Shown here one piece after another: positions 47,570 through 57,770 of a stretch of DNA of 59,765 nucleotides. This DNA comes from Candidatus Eiseniibacteriota bacterium. Its GTDB lineage: Bacteria > Orphanbacterota > Orphanbacteria > Orphanbacterales > Orphanbacteraceae. The stretch covers positions 1 through 59,765 of the forward strand of contig JBDROZ010000109.1 of the NCBI GenBank assembly GCA_043809585.1, given 5' to 3'. The notes under the pieces were generated by a model. The model was not told where the DNA came from. It made no database searches and was given only the letters and a program-made list of their open reading frames with translations. Positions within the stretch are counted from its first letter, which is position 1; each line of letters opens with the position of its first letter. The position numbers and the translations under genes were made by a program.

Positions 47570-49036
47570 GTGGCGGGATTCCTGGCTCGTCTGATGCTCG
47601 GCATCGCCCTGGTCGCGATTCTCCCGCGGCCCGTTTCCGGCGTGCCCTCCATCGTGGTCCTGGAAAAGACCAGGGGCGGCTGCCTCCTCTGCGATGACTT
47701 CAACGACGGCGTCATGGACACATCTTCGAATCTGCCGGCCGGGACCAAGTGGAACCCCATGTACGCCGATTCGAACCTCTATTTCCGGGAGGTGAACGGG
47801 TACTTTCAGGTACTCGGGCAGACGGGGCCGGAGTTCAAAGGGCAGCACAAGGGGATCCAGACCAACCCGTTCGCCTATCAGGGATGGTCGATCGCCTCCC
47901 TCGAGACCTTGGAGTTGGTCTCGATCGTCGACATGCGGAACCTCGATCCGATCAGTCCCGCCTACGACACCCTCGGATCGCTGACCGAATCCCGGATGGC
48001 CCACCACTACTGCAGCAACTGCAACGCGTCGGCGGGCGATTTCAACGCCACCATCACCATCGGCTTCCTTCTCGGGACCGCGACCGGACCGGGGTGGGAC
48101 CCGCCGGGGGGGAAGTGGGGGTACCGGGCGAAATGGCACGAGTACGCCGACCGTTACCTCGACGCCCTCGACACTCTCTGGGGGAACGAGCCGGACGTCT
48201 TCTTCGCGACCATGGTCGACAATTACGGCTTCGATGCCGCCGACTCGACGTTGACGACCGGATACGTTCGTCACGACGGGCAGTGGGTTGTCGTGGGGAG
48301 CCGGAAGCTCTTCATGAGCACCTGCCGGAAGACGGAGCTGAAGTCGATGAGCGGGTGGGCCCGGAACCGGAACATCGATTACCGGTGGGACAACTACCGC
48401 CTGTTCCCCAATTCGAAGCGGTACCCGGTCGTGTTCGATCTGGTGGACGTGAATCTGCACCCCATTCTGGAGAATTACTCGCTCAGCATCCACCGGACCG
48501 ACACGGGCGCCCTCGTCGACAAGGACACGCTCGACATCGATTCCCGTTTCCGCCTTTACCTCGATCACACGGAAATGGTCATTCCCGCGGGACTCGAACT
48601 GGTGCTGCTCCAGGAGCTGGTCGACACGGTGGGCGTCATGTTCCTGCCGGCGAGCGGCGTCTCGGGCTGCTACCCGAACGACGCCTACCGGATCATCCTC
48701 GACACATCCACGGTCCCCACCGAGGTGGGCGCCGGCGATCCCCCCGCCCGGGCGCGGCTCTTCCCCAACGCGCCGAACCCGTGGAATCCCATGACCCGGA
48801 TCGAGTACGAACTCCCGTCCGGCCCGGATACGGTTCCGGTTCGCCTCCGGATCTACGAGCCGTCGGGGCGCCTCGTTCGCGCCTTGGTCGATGGGGAGAT
48901 CGGGGGGGGGCGGCACGAAGCGGTCTGGGACGGGACGGACCGGAACGGCGAATCGGTCCCGAGCGGCGTCTACCTCTACCGACTGGAAGTGGAGGGCGCG
49001 GATCCGCTCACCCGGCGCATGGTGCTTCTCCGCTGA
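47570..49036 (+). CDS. Secreted protein with FlgD-Ig C-terminal domain
   Basis: Signal [35 protein letters not shown]. Start at 47570 or 47594. Confidence 0.8.
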   Translation: MAGFLARLMLGIALVAILPRPVSGVPSIVVLEKTRGGCLLCDDFNDGVMDTSSNLPAGTKWNPMYADSNLYFREVNGYFQVLGQTGPEFKGQHKGIQTNPFAYQGWSIASLETLELVSIVDMRNLDPISPAYDTLGSLTESRMAHHYCSNCNASAGDFNATITIGFLLGTATGPGWDPPGGKWGYRAKWHEYADRYLDALDTLWGNEPDVFFATMVDNYGFDAADSTLTTGYVRHDGQWVVVGSRKLFMSTCRKTELKSMSGWARNRNIDYRWDNYRLFPNSKRYPVVFDLVDVNLHPILENYSLSIHRTDTGALVDKDTLDIDSRFRLYLDHTEMVIPAGLELVLLQELVDTVGVMFLPASGVSGCYPNDAYRIILDTSTVPTEVGAGDPPARARLFPNAPNPWNPMTRIEYELPSGPDTVPVRLRIYEPSGRLVRALVDGEIGGGRHEAVWDGTDRNGESVPSGVYLYRLEVEGADPLTRRMVLLR

Positions 49037-49131
49037 GCCTCGTCCCCGGCTTTCCGCCGGGCCCGCCCCATCACGGTCCGCTCCCGGTTCTTCGCCCCGG
49101 CGCCCTCCTGACGAGGATCGAATTCGGGGGG

Positions 49132-49159
49132 TTGACAAGCCCGGAATATGTGATAAATT
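49132..49159 (+). promoter_or_regulatory. sigma70 promoter for rplS
   Basis: TTGACA, 16-nt spacer, TG-a-TAAATT, about 50 nt before the rplS ATG. Confidence 0.65.
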
Positions 49160-49208
49160 CAGAGGCTGTCCGGGGAGTGATTTACCCCCGAGAGGATGGA
49201 GAGAATCG

Positions 49209-49553
49209 ATGGACGCGATCAGACGACTCGAGTCGGACCAGTTGCGCACCGACCTTCCCGAGTTCGGCGCCGGCGACACCGTCGCCGTCTCCGTGCGGGT
49301 CCGGGAAGGGGACAAGGAGCGGATCCAGCTCTTCCAGGGAGTGGTGCTCCAGCGGCGGGGGAGCGGATTCTCCGCGACCTTCACGGTCCGCAAGGTGAGC
49401 GGCGGGATCGGCGTGGAGCGGGTGTTCCCGGTCCAGTCCCCCACCGTGGCCGGCCTCAATGTGCTCCGCCATGGCCGCGTGCGGCGGGCCCGGATATTCT
49501 TCCTCAGGGACCGCATCGGCAAGCGGGCCCGGTTGAAGGAGAAACGGGTGTAG
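49209..49553 (+). CDS. rplS: 50S ribosomal protein L19
   Basis: [51 protein letters not shown]. Confidence 0.97.
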   Translation: MDAIRRLESDQLRTDLPEFGAGDTVAVSVRVREGDKERIQLFQGVVLQRRGSGFSATFTVRKVSGGIGVERVFPVQSPTVAGLNVLRHGRVRRARIFFLRDRIGKRARLKEKRV

Positions 49554-50296
49554 TGACCCGGCCCCCCGAGCACGGCATCTCGGCGAGGTTGCTCGGCCGT
49601 CTCCTCGAAGCGATCGAGGGGGAGACGGCCGTTTTGTATGCTTCCCGGAATTTCCGCCGCCGCTCCCCCGAGCCGGTTCTCGAAGAGGCGCTTGGTTGGA
49701 GACGGGGGGGAGGAGGGGTGGTCGGCGTAGACGAGGCGGGCCGGGGCCCCCTCGCCGGCCCGGTAGTCGCTGCGGCGGTCCGCTTCGCGCCGGGACGGGT
49801 CACGGCCGGGCTCGACGACTCCAAGCGGCTCACGCCCGAAGGGCGGTCCGCGCTCTTTCCGAGGATCCTCCGGGAGGCGGATGGGGTCGGCCTCGGCCTG
49901 GTCACGGCGGGGGGAGTGGACCGCTGGAACGTGAGGGAGGCGGCGCGGCGCGCCATGATCCGGGCGGTCCGTGATTCGGGGCCGGCGCCCCGGTGGGTGC
50001 TCGTCGACGGCACCCTCTTCGAGTCCTTCCCCTGGCCCCAAGCGGCGGTGATCGGCGGCGACCGGCGGTCCCCGTCGATCGCGGCGGCGTCGGTGGTCGC
50101 CAAAGTGGTCCGGGACCGTCTCATGGAGTGCTATCACCGCATCCTGCCGGTCTACCGGTTCGACCGGCACAAGGGCTACCCCACGCAGGAGCACGCGTCG
50201 GCGATTCGCGAGTACGGCCCCTCTTCGATTCACCGCCGGACCTTCCACGTGCCGGCCCTCGTCCTCACACTGCCCCTGGAGGAGAGTGGACCTTGA
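49553..50296 (+). CDS. rnhB: Ribonuclease HII
   Basis: GVDEAGRGPLAGPV, DDSKRL, LVDG, SIAAASVVAKV, HKGYPT. Start uncertain. Confidence 0.93.
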   Translation: MTRPPEHGISARLLGRLLEAIEGETAVLYASRNFRRRSPEPVLEEALGWRRGGGGVVGVDEAGRGPLAGPVVAAAVRFAPGRVTAGLDDSKRLTPEGRSALFPRILREADGVGLGLVTAGGVDRWNVREAARRAMIRAVRDSGPAPRWVLVDGTLFESFPWPQAAVIGGDRRSPSIAAASVVAKVVRDRLMECYHRILPVYRFDRHKGYPTQEHASAIREYGPSSIHRRTFHVPALVLTLPLEESGP

Positions 50297-50700
50297 CCGT
50301 CGACCGCCGGAAGGTGGGGAAGGGGCACGAGGAGAGGGCGGCCCGTTATCTCCGCAGGCGGGGATACCGGATCGTCGCGGCGAACTTCCAAACCCGGCGG
50401 GGCGAGATCGATCTGGTGGCGGAGAAGGGGGAGTGGATCGTCTTCGTCGAGGTCCGGTACCGGGCGCGGCCCGACTTCGGATCGGCCGCCGAATCGGTGG
50501 GATCCCGCAAGAGGCGCCGCCTGGTCCTGGCCGCTTCGGAGTACCTCGCCCGTCACGGAATGACGGAGCGCCCCTGCCGTTTCGATCTGATCGCCCTCTC
50601 CCCGGGAGAAGGAAAGAACCCGGTGATCGTGCACCTCGAGAACGCCTTCGATCGGGACGGGCGTCCCACCGGCTCGTGGAGCGGCGGTCGCGGGCGATGA
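50293..50700 (+). CDS. yraN: YraN/UPF0102 family protein
   Basis: GKGHEERAARYL, GEIDLVA, FVEVRYR, RFDLI. Confidence 0.92.
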   Translation: MTVDRRKVGKGHEERAARYLRRRGYRIVAANFQTRRGEIDLVAEKGEWIVFVEVRYRARPDFGSAAESVGSRKRRRLVLAASEYLARHGMTERPCRFDLIALSPGEGKNPVIVHLENAFDRDGRPTGSWSGGRGR

Positions 50701-51746
50701 GCGGCCGCGGCGCCCTCCTCTTCGCCGTCTCATGGGCCCTTTCGGGGGTTCTCCCCGGCCTTGCCGCCGCCTCCCCCTCCTGGGGGGATTACCGGCACGA
50801 GTATCTTCTCCCCGAGCAGAGGGATTCACTCTTCCGTCTCTACGGATTCGCGGGGGTGAGCTTCGCCGCCGAGGAGGCCTTCCCCGGCGATGGGGGGAGC
50901 GGGTGGAGCTCGGGCGTCCCGGATCGTTCCGCTTCCGGCCTCTGGGTCGCCGGCTCGGCGGGGGAACGGATCGGGTACTTCGCCGAAGGGGCCTACTACT
51001 ACGAGGCGAATCGCCTCGAAGCGGGGCCGGCCCGGATCGATATCCGCCTCCACGGGGAAGGGCTCCACCTTCGGGGGGGACGATTCCACTTCCCCTTCGG
51101 GCTTGAACCGCGGAGCGCCCCCCCCCGGATCAACCACTTCATCGAGCGGCCTCGGATTCGAAGCGCACCGAAAGCGGGAGTAGGGGCTTACGGCGAGATC
51201 TTCGAGGGTGTTCTGAACTGGTATGGGGGGGTGACGGAGGGGTTTCCCGCCGAGTGGGCGGACTCGGTCACCGGCCGCAGGCCGGGCGCCCGGGACGGCG
51301 AGGCGTGGGGGGGGCGGCTCGGCCTCTCCCCCGGACCCGGTCTCGAGCTCGGATTCTCCTACGCGGAGGAGGAGGGGGGCGGTTTCGGTACGATTCTCCG
51401 GGGGGCCGACTTCTCGGTCCGGAACGGTCCGCTTCTTCTCCAGGCCGAGTGGGCCCGTCTCCGGCGGTGGGACGGCGGCGCGGGGGAGAAGGCCGATGTC
51501 GCCTACGGACGGCTGGGGCACCGGATCGTGGAGTATTCAGAGCGCTTCGAAGCGATCGAGGTTCTCCTCGGCGTCGACTATCTCGATCCCGACCGGGAAG
51601 TCTCCGGGGACCGGATCGTCGAGTACCTCGGGGGGATCTCCGTCGCCCCGCGCTCCTCGGTGATCTTCAAGGGGATCTACCGGGTCCGCTACGTCGAAGG
51701 GGCGAGGAGCAACCGGGCGCTGGTGGAATTCCTCATCTTCTGGTAG
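50697..51746 (+). CDS. Outer-membrane porin-like beta-barrel
   Basis: Signal peptide; GRFHFPFGLE; alternating strands; ends ALVEFLIFW. Confidence 0.75.
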   Translation: MSGRGALLFAVSWALSGVLPGLAAASPSWGDYRHEYLLPEQRDSLFRLYGFAGVSFAAEEAFPGDGGSGWSSGVPDRSASGLWVAGSAGERIGYFAEGAYYYEANRLEAGPARIDIRLHGEGLHLRGGRFHFPFGLEPRSAPPRINHFIERPRIRSAPKAGVGAYGEIFEGVLNWYGGVTEGFPAEWADSVTGRRPGARDGEAWGGRLGLSPGPGLELGFSYAEEEGGGFGTILRGADFSVRNGPLLLQAEWARLRRWDGGAGEKADVAYGRLGHRIVEYSERFEAIEVLLGVDYLDPDREVSGDRIVEYLGGISVAPRSSVIFKGIYRVRYVEGARSNRALVEFLIFW

Positions 51747-51843
51747 GCTCGTCCGGGCCGAGGACCGGCGGAAGGACTACCCCCTTCGGACAAGGTGTGG
51801 TAAGATTGCAATGTGATTCCCCGCCAAAGTTTACGAGGAGCCC

Positions 51844-52500
51844 ATGAGTTTTCGCTGGAAGACAGGAGCCACTCTCTTTCTCGTCCTTCTCGCCGGGATC
51901 GGCTGCTCGGAACGGTCGCCGAACGACCCGGACGGGAACGGCAACGGGAACACGGTCAAGGACGCCCCCTTCTGGACGAAGGAAGGATGGGCCCGGTACG
52001 AGAGAGAGGATTATAACGGCGCCCGGAATGCCTTCAGCAACGCCCTCTCGAAAGACTCCCTCTACGCACCCGCCCACAGCGGGACCGCCTTCACCAATAT
52101 CGAGTTCGGATTCACCGGTCTCGCGCTCTCCCAGTTCGAGAAGGGGATCGCCCTCGACAGCGCCCTCGTGGAGTGCTATTACGGCGCGGCTTACATGGCC
52201 CACACCCAGGCCGTCGCCTTCCCCAACCTGACGGTCGCCAATCTCACGAAGGCCGCCGGGTACGCCGAGGGGGGGCTCGCCCGCGGAGGCGATGCCTTTG
52301 AATTCGAGCACCACGAGAGCGTGAACGCCCGGAACCTACGCGTGCTTCTCGCCCGCACCTACTTCGCCCTCGCCCAGTACGAGAACGCGAAAGAGAACCT
52401 CGACATCCTCGACCCGAACAACGGGGTGCTCTCGTCGAGCGCCACTTACTTGCAGGACCTTCTTCTCGCCATCGAAAACCTGGAGGACGTGAACCGATGA
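51844..52500 (+). CDS. TPR lipoprotein
   Basis: Lipobox GIGC; GWARYEREDYNGARNAFSNAL..D TPR pattern. Confidence 0.85.
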   Translation: MSFRWKTGATLFLVLLAGIGCSERSPNDPDGNGNGNTVKDAPFWTKEGWARYEREDYNGARNAFSNALSKDSLYAPAHSGTAFTNIEFGFTGLALSQFEKGIALDSALVECYYGAAYMAHTQAVAFPNLTVANLTKAAGYAEGGLARGGDAFEFEHHESVNARNLRVLLARTYFALAQYENAKENLDILDPNNGVLSSSATYLQDLLLAIENLEDVNR

Positions 52501-55500
52501 CGGTCAGGGTCCTCGCGGCGGCTCTTCTCGCGGCCCTCGCCACGGCGGCCCCCGCGGCGGCGGCCCCCGCGCTGGGCGATTCGCTCGAGCCCTTCGGGGC
52601 GGACCTCTTCGCGGAGCCGCTGGACGCGGTCCTCCTCGGGGAAACGGCGTTCGTCCTCTACCCCTCGGGGCTCGTGGCGCTCGACGTCACATCCCATCTC
52701 CGCATCGAGGAAACCTGGCGGGGCTACCTGCCCGGCGAGGGGGGGGATCTCTTCGCGCGGGACACTCTTCTCTACGTCTCCCGCGGGTCGGGGGGCCTCT
52801 TCACGCTCTCCGTTTCCGATCCGGCGAACCCGGTCTTCCTCGACACCATCCGGGCGCCGTCGAGCTTCGGCCGGATGGACGTCGGGTGGAACCGTCTCTA
52901 TGTCGCGGACGCGGACAGCGGTCTCATCGTCTATGATCTGCAGGGTCCGATCCCGTCGCGGCTTTACCGATACGAGGCCGGCGAGAAGATCAAGGACGTG
53001 GTGATCGACGGCGGGATCGCCTATCTCGCTCTCGATCGGAGCGGCGTCCAACTCGTGGACATCACCTTCTTCGCCCCTTCCCTCGTCTCCGAAATCGACG
53101 ACATGGAAGGGGCCCTTCATCTCGCCGCCGCCGCCGGACGCCTCTACGGCGCCCTGCCGGACAGCACCATCGTCGTAGCGGACGTGTCGGACTCGACCGA
53201 CCCTCTCCCCCTGCCGGACCGCTTCGATGGGGGCGGTCCGATCGGGGACATCGCGTTGCTCGACACCTTTCTGGTGGCGGTCCGGGAGGACCACGACCTC
53301 CTCCTACTTCGGGCGAACTCGCTCGGCGGGGGCGCGATCGGGGTCGAGTCGGGGGTGGGCGTGATCGGTAGGATCACCCCCGCCGAAGCCGGCCTCCTCG
53401 CCATGAGCGACGAGGCGGGGTTCCAGTTCTTCGACTTGATCTTGCCCCAGAGCGCGACCTACGTGTCGAACATCTCGTTCTCCGGCGTCGCCGTGTCGGG
53501 ACTGGCCGTCCAAGGGGACACGGCCTATCTGTCGGGGGGGGGGAGCGGCGTCTTCCTCGTCGGCCTTCAGGACGAGGTGGCTCTCGATTCCCTCGGGCGA
53601 ATCGCCACGACGTCCACAGTGAACGCCGTTGCGGTACGGGAGGGGATCCTCTACTCCGCCGAGGCGGGGGGGCTCCGAATGTACGATGTCGCCACCGGGG
53701 GGCTGCTCGGCTCCCTCCCTCTCTCCGGCAGCTCCCAGCAGGTCGGACTGATCGGCGACTACGCCTACGTTTGCGGAGGGACGACCGGGCTTGCCGTGAT
53801 CGATGTCGGCGATCCGGAATCGCCCGCCCTGGTCGACTCGATCCCGAACGGCGGGAACGGGAACCGGTCCACCCGGGATCTCGCCCGGCGCGGCGACATC
53901 CTGGCCATCGCGGAGGGGGGGGCGGGGCTCCGGTTCGCCGACGTGTCCGATCCCTCCCACCCCGTGGTGGTCGGATCGTACGACCCGGCCGACTACGTCG
54001 TGAGCGCCGCCTACTCCGGCGCCGGTCATCTGTACGTCACGCTCCGCTCCACGGGCGTTCTCGTTCTCGACACGAGCGATCCGGCCGCCCCCGACTCGGT
54101 GGGGATCCTGGAGCTGCCGGGCGCGCTCCTTCTCCTGAACTCCGGAGTCCTCGGCAGTGTCCTCTACGTCACGGAGAACGTCGGGTTCGGGCAGCCGGGA
54201 AACATCCACGTCGTTTCTCTCGCCGATCCGGTCCGCCCTGCCCTCATCCGGACGCTGATCTCCGGCGGCTCTCCGAGCCGGGTCGTCACCCGCGGGAACC
54301 GGGCGTACATCGCCGCCGGTCTCGGCGGCATGGAGATCTACGGGTTTTTCGAAAACTACGGGTTCCTCCGGTCGGGCGTGTTCGATCCCCATCCGCGGAC
54401 GGAGATCGTCGCCTCGTCGGAGGGCCGGATCGTCGTTGCCGACGAGGAAGGGCGGGTCTGGTCTTTCTATCTCGGGGAGGGGGAGGTTCTCGTCCGAGGG
54501 CAGTCGCTCGATCTCGGTTCGCCCGTGGCGGATCTGGTCATGGAGGGTACGGTCGCCTTCGCCTCCCTCCCCGACGCGGGCCGGATCGCGCGCCTCCGGG
54601 TTCCCTCGCCCGGAGCCGTGGGCCTCGACTGGTCCGCCGAGGTCTCCGGCGCTCCCGACGGCCTCGCCCTGGCCGACTCGGTCCTCTACGCCGCCCTCCG
54701 CTCCGGCGGACTCGGTCTCTTCGACGCCCGGAACGCGGACACCCTCGTCTCCTTCGGCGCCTTCACGAGCGGCGGCGGATTCAATCTCGGCCAGTCGTCG
54801 GCGGAGCGGGTCTTCGTCGACAGCGGTGTGGCGTACGTGACCGCCTTCGAAACCGCCCACAGTCTGTTCATCTTCGACGTGTCCGACCCCGCGGCCCCCG
54901 CGCCTCTCTCCACCTACGCGACTCCGTACAGGGCCCTCGACGTGGCCGCCCGGTCGGGATACGTCTACCTGATCCTCCGGATCGACGGGTGCCACGTCGT
55001 CGACGCCCGGAATCCGGCGACTCCGGTCTTCGTGATCGCGCGAAACGACTTCCTGCCGACCACGCGACTGGAGATCGTCGACGACGTGCTCTTCTCCACC
55101 CGCCGGGAATCGGGGGTCAGCGTGTTCAACGCGGCGAACGCGATCAATCCGGTGCTCGTCTGGAGCGAACCGACGCCGACCGCCGGGAGGGACCTGACCG
55201 TGTTCGGGACCTATCTCGGTCTCGCCGACCGGAGCGCCCTACGGGTTTACAGGCAAGGATTCGCGAACTCCGATCAGGCCGCGCCGAACTACGCCGTGGG
55301 GATCCTCCCGAACGCCTTCGTGAACGCCTTCGTCGATTTCGTGGTGGTCGTTTCGGAGGCGCTCATCGCGAAGCCGGAGATCCGTTTCACCATGGGCGAT
55401 GTCGACTCGCTCCTCACCGTCTATCGCATCGACACTCCCCGGAACGTCTACCATTCCACGTACCGGCTCGGCGAGACGGGGATCGGCACGGTGACCGTCG

Positions 55501-56219
55501 CCGGCGAAGATCTGTCGGGGAACAAATCGCAAACGAACAAGAACTTCTCCGTCTCCTTCTTGCGCGGCTCCAAGGGGGGATCGATCTACGACGAGACGGG
55601 GAAGGTGTCGGTCCGGGTCGCCCCCCGCGCGGGGGTCGAGGAGGAGGCGATCCTGCTCATTCCGGCGGAGGAAGACCTCTTCGCCGGGGACGGGTCCGAT
55701 GCGGCCCACGGCCCCTTCCGGCTCCATCTCGGTCGGATGGAAGGTCCCGCGGAGCTCACGGTCCGGGACCTCGTCCCTTCGGAGGGGGCCGAGGCGCCGG
55801 GCGTTTACCGGAAAGAGGGGGAGACGTGGGTGCCCGTGGCCGCCGTCTACGATCCGGCGGCCCGGGTGCTGAGGGCGGAGCTCCCCGGCTCGTCTGTCTT
55901 CTTCGTCGCCGCGGTGGGGGAGGCCTCGCCCCCTCCCGCCCCCCCGGCGGTGCTCGAATCGAACCGGCCGAACCCGTTCAACCCGTCCACGGAGGTGCTC
56001 TTCCGCCTTGCCGAGAAAGGGCGCGCCCGAGTCGCGGTCTACGATCTCACGGGCCGTCTCGTGCGGGTGCTCGCCGACGGAGGGTTCCCCGCCGGACCGT
56101 CCGTTCTCGTCTGGGACGGCGCGGGAGAGAGCGGCCGGGCGGCGGCGAGCGGAGTCTACTTCGTCCGCCTCGAAGCGGCGGGCCGGACCCTCACGAAGAA
56201 GATGCTCCTCCTACGATAA
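52497..56219 (+). CDS. Secreted LVIVD-repeat protein with FlgD-Ig C-terminal domain
   Basis: Repeats such as YAYVCG..GLAVIDVGDPESP and GLRFADVSDPSHP; PNPFNP..WDG..SGVYF. Confidence 0.9.
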   Translation: MTVRVLAAALLAALATAAPAAAAPALGDSLEPFGADLFAEPLDAVLLGETAFVLYPSGLVALDVTSHLRIEETWRGYLPGEGGDLFARDTLLYVSRGSGGLFTLSVSDPANPVFLDTIRAPSSFGRMDVGWNRLYVADADSGLIVYDLQGPIPSRLYRYEAGEKIKDVVIDGGIAYLALDRSGVQLVDITFFAPSLVSEIDDMEGALHLAAAAGRLYGALPDSTIVVADVSDSTDPLPLPDRFDGGGPIGDIALLDTFLVAVREDHDLLLLRANSLGGGAIGVESGVGVIGRITPAEAGLLAMSDEAGFQFFDLILPQSATYVSNISFSGVAVSGLAVQGDTAYLSGGGSGVFLVGLQDEVALDSLGRIATTSTVNAVAVREGILYSAEAGGLRMYDVATGGLLGSLPLSGSSQQVGLIGDYAYVCGGTTGLAVIDVGDPESPALVDSIPNGGNGNRSTRDLARRGDILAIAEGGAGLRFADVSDPSHPVVVGSYDPADYVVSAAYSGAGHLYVTLRSTGVLVLDTSDPAAPDSVGILELPGALLLLNSGVLGSVLYVTENVGFGQPGNIHVVSLADPVRPALIRTLISGGSPSRVVTRGNRAYIAAGLGGMEIYGFFENYGFLRSGVFDPHPRTEIVASSEGRIVVADEEGRVWSFYLGEGEVLVRGQSLDLGSPVADLVMEGTVAFASLPDAGRIARLRVPSPGAVGLDWSAEVSGAPDGLALADSVLYAALRSGGLGLFDARNADTLVSFGAFTSGGGFNLGQSSAERVFVDSGVAYVTAFETAHSLFIFDVSDPAAPAPLSTYATPYRALDVAARSGYVYLILRIDGCHVVDARNPATPVFVIARNDFLPTTRLEIVDDVLFSTRRESGVSVFNAANAINPVLVWSEPTPTAGRDLTVFGTYLGLADRSALRVYRQGFANSDQAAPNYAVGILPNAFVNAFVDFVVVVSEALIAKPEIRFTMGDVDSLLTVYRIDTPRNVYHSTYRLGETGIGTVTVAGEDLSGNKSQTNKNFSVSFLRGSKGGSIYDETGKVSVRVAPRAGVEEEAILLIPAEEDLFAGDGSDAAHGPFRLHLGRMEGPAELTVRDLVPSEGAEAPGVYRKEGETWVPVAAVYDPAARVLRAELPGSSVFFVAAVGEASPPPAPPAVLESNRPNPFNPSTEVLFRLAEKGRARVAVYDLTGRLVRVLADGGFPAGPSVLVWDGAGESGRAAASGVYFVRLEAAGRTLTKKMLLLR

Positions 56220-56339
56220 GGGCCCCCGTTCCAACTCCTTCCCATCACAATCCGTTTCGTTTACTGTGGGCCCGGGCGGGACGCCCGGAGAAGAATGATG
56301 GTTTCCAGCGTGACAAACCGTCGCGACGACCGGCCGGTC

Positions 56340-57770
56340 ATGGCGATCCTCGTGGTTTTGGCCCTCCTCCCCGCCGCGGTGTTCGGGGAGGGGCCGCCCC
56401 GTTCCCTCCCGGTTTCCCCGCGGTCTCTGACCCTGGAAGAGGCGGTCCGCATCGGCCTCGAGAACAGCCGCCGTCTCGCCGTGGCGCGGACCGCGGAGGA
56501 ATCGGCCGTCGAGGAAGTGAAGGAAGCCCGGGCGGCGTTCTTTCCCGAGATCTCGCTCCAGGCGAGCTACGTCCGCCTCGACGAGGCCCCCTACATCCCG
56601 GCGAACAGCTTCCTTTCCCTTCTCGATGGGTTCCGCAGTCCCTTCGAGTCGCTCGTGCGTCGCGGCGTGCTCGAGCCGGCCGCGCTCGAGGGAATCGCGG
56701 GGGGGCCCCGCCGCGTGGTCGTCGGCGACGAGAACAACTACGCCGCCGGCCTCCGGCTGAAGCAGCCTCTCTTCACCGGCTTCGCCCTTCGGGGGGCCTA
56801 CGAGTCGGCGAAGCGGCGGAGCGAGGCGGAGCGCTGGAGCGTTCGCCGGGAAGAGGAGGGCGTGAGGTTCGAGGTGAGCGCGGCGTATTACGACCTCGTG
56901 AAGGCCCGGGCATTGACGGAGGTGGCCCGGGAATCCCGGGAGAGGCTGGCGGCCCATCTTCGTGACTTGGAGGTGCGGCGGGAGGAGGGGGCCCTTCTCC
57001 AAGTCGACCTGCTCCGGGGAAAGGTCGAACTCTCCCGGGCGAAGCTGGAGGAGAGTCGCGCCGGGAACGGGACGGGCCTGGCCGCCTCCCGTCTCTGCCA
57101 CCTGCTCGGGCTTCCCGTCGATACCCCCCTCGATCCGGCGGAGACGCCCGGAACCCTCGGGGCGCTTCCGGACGATCCCGCCGGCATGGGCGCCGTCGCG
57201 CGGGATCGGAGGGCGGACCGGGCCGCTCTCCTCGCGGCGATCGAGGCGGCGAGGGCGGGGGCCCGGGTTCCGCGGGGGCGCTTCTATCCGAACCTCTTCT
57301 TCGTGGGGAGCTACGACTGGAAGAGGCCGGACCGGGAGTTCGAGGACGATTTCTATGATTCGTGGAACGTGGGGCTCGCCCTCGACTGGACCCTCTTCGA
57401 TGGGGGGGCGAGGCGGAGCCGGGTGGGCCGGGCTTCCCTGGAGGAGTCGCGGCTCCGCGAACTCCTCGGGCTCCTCGACGACTCCATCGCGATCGAAGTG
57501 AAGCACGCCCTTCTCTTCCGCCGGGAAGCGGTCGAAGCGCTCGCCCTCGCCGAGGAGCAATGCGCCGCGGCCGAGGAGTTTCGCCGGGTCGTTCGGGAGG
57601 CCTTCGATGGGGGGGCGGCGACGGCGACGGACCTCTTGGACGCCGAGACGATGCTGACCGCCGCCCGAGGCGAGCGCGTCTTTGCCCGCGCGGACCTTCA
57701 TCTCGCCGAAGCCCGCCTCGCCCATGCCGTGGGCATGCATCTCGAAGCGGACGGGGAGGGCCTCCGTTGA
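56340..57770 (+). CDS. TolC-family outer membrane efflux protein
   Basis: LTLEEAVRIGLENS, FPEISL, LKQPLFTG, WTLFDGG, DLLDAE. Start at 56295 or 56340. Confidence 0.92.
   Translation: MAILVVLALLPAAVFGEGPPRSLPVSPRSLTLEEAVRIGLENSRRLAVARTAEESAVEEVKEARAAFFPEISLQASYVRLDEAPYIPANSFLSLLDGFRSPFESLVRRGVLEPAALEGIAGGPRRVVVGDENNYAAGLRLKQPLFTGFALRGAYESAKRRSEAERWSVRREEEGVRFEVSAAYYDLVKARALTEVARESRERLAAHLRDLEVRREEGALLQVDLLRGKVELSRAKLEESRAGNGTGLAASRLCHLLGLPVDTPLDPAETPGTLGALPDDPAGMGAVARDRRADRAALLAAIEAARAGARVPRGRFYPNLFFVGSYDWKRPDREFEDDFYDSWNVGLALDWTLFDGGARRSRVGRASLEESRLRELLGLLDDSIAIEVKHALLFRREAVEALALAEEQCAAAEEFRRVVREAFDGGAATATDLLDAETMLTAARGERVFARADLHLAEARLAHAVGMHLEADGEGLR

Noticed and set aside
47495-50248. 917-aa minus-strand ORF
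   Set aside because: Antisense to the secreted protein gene, rplS and rnhB; a high-GC artefact.
53771-56965. 1064-aa plus-strand ORF
   Set aside because: Arg/Pro/Gly-rich alternative frame of the LVIVD and TolC genes.
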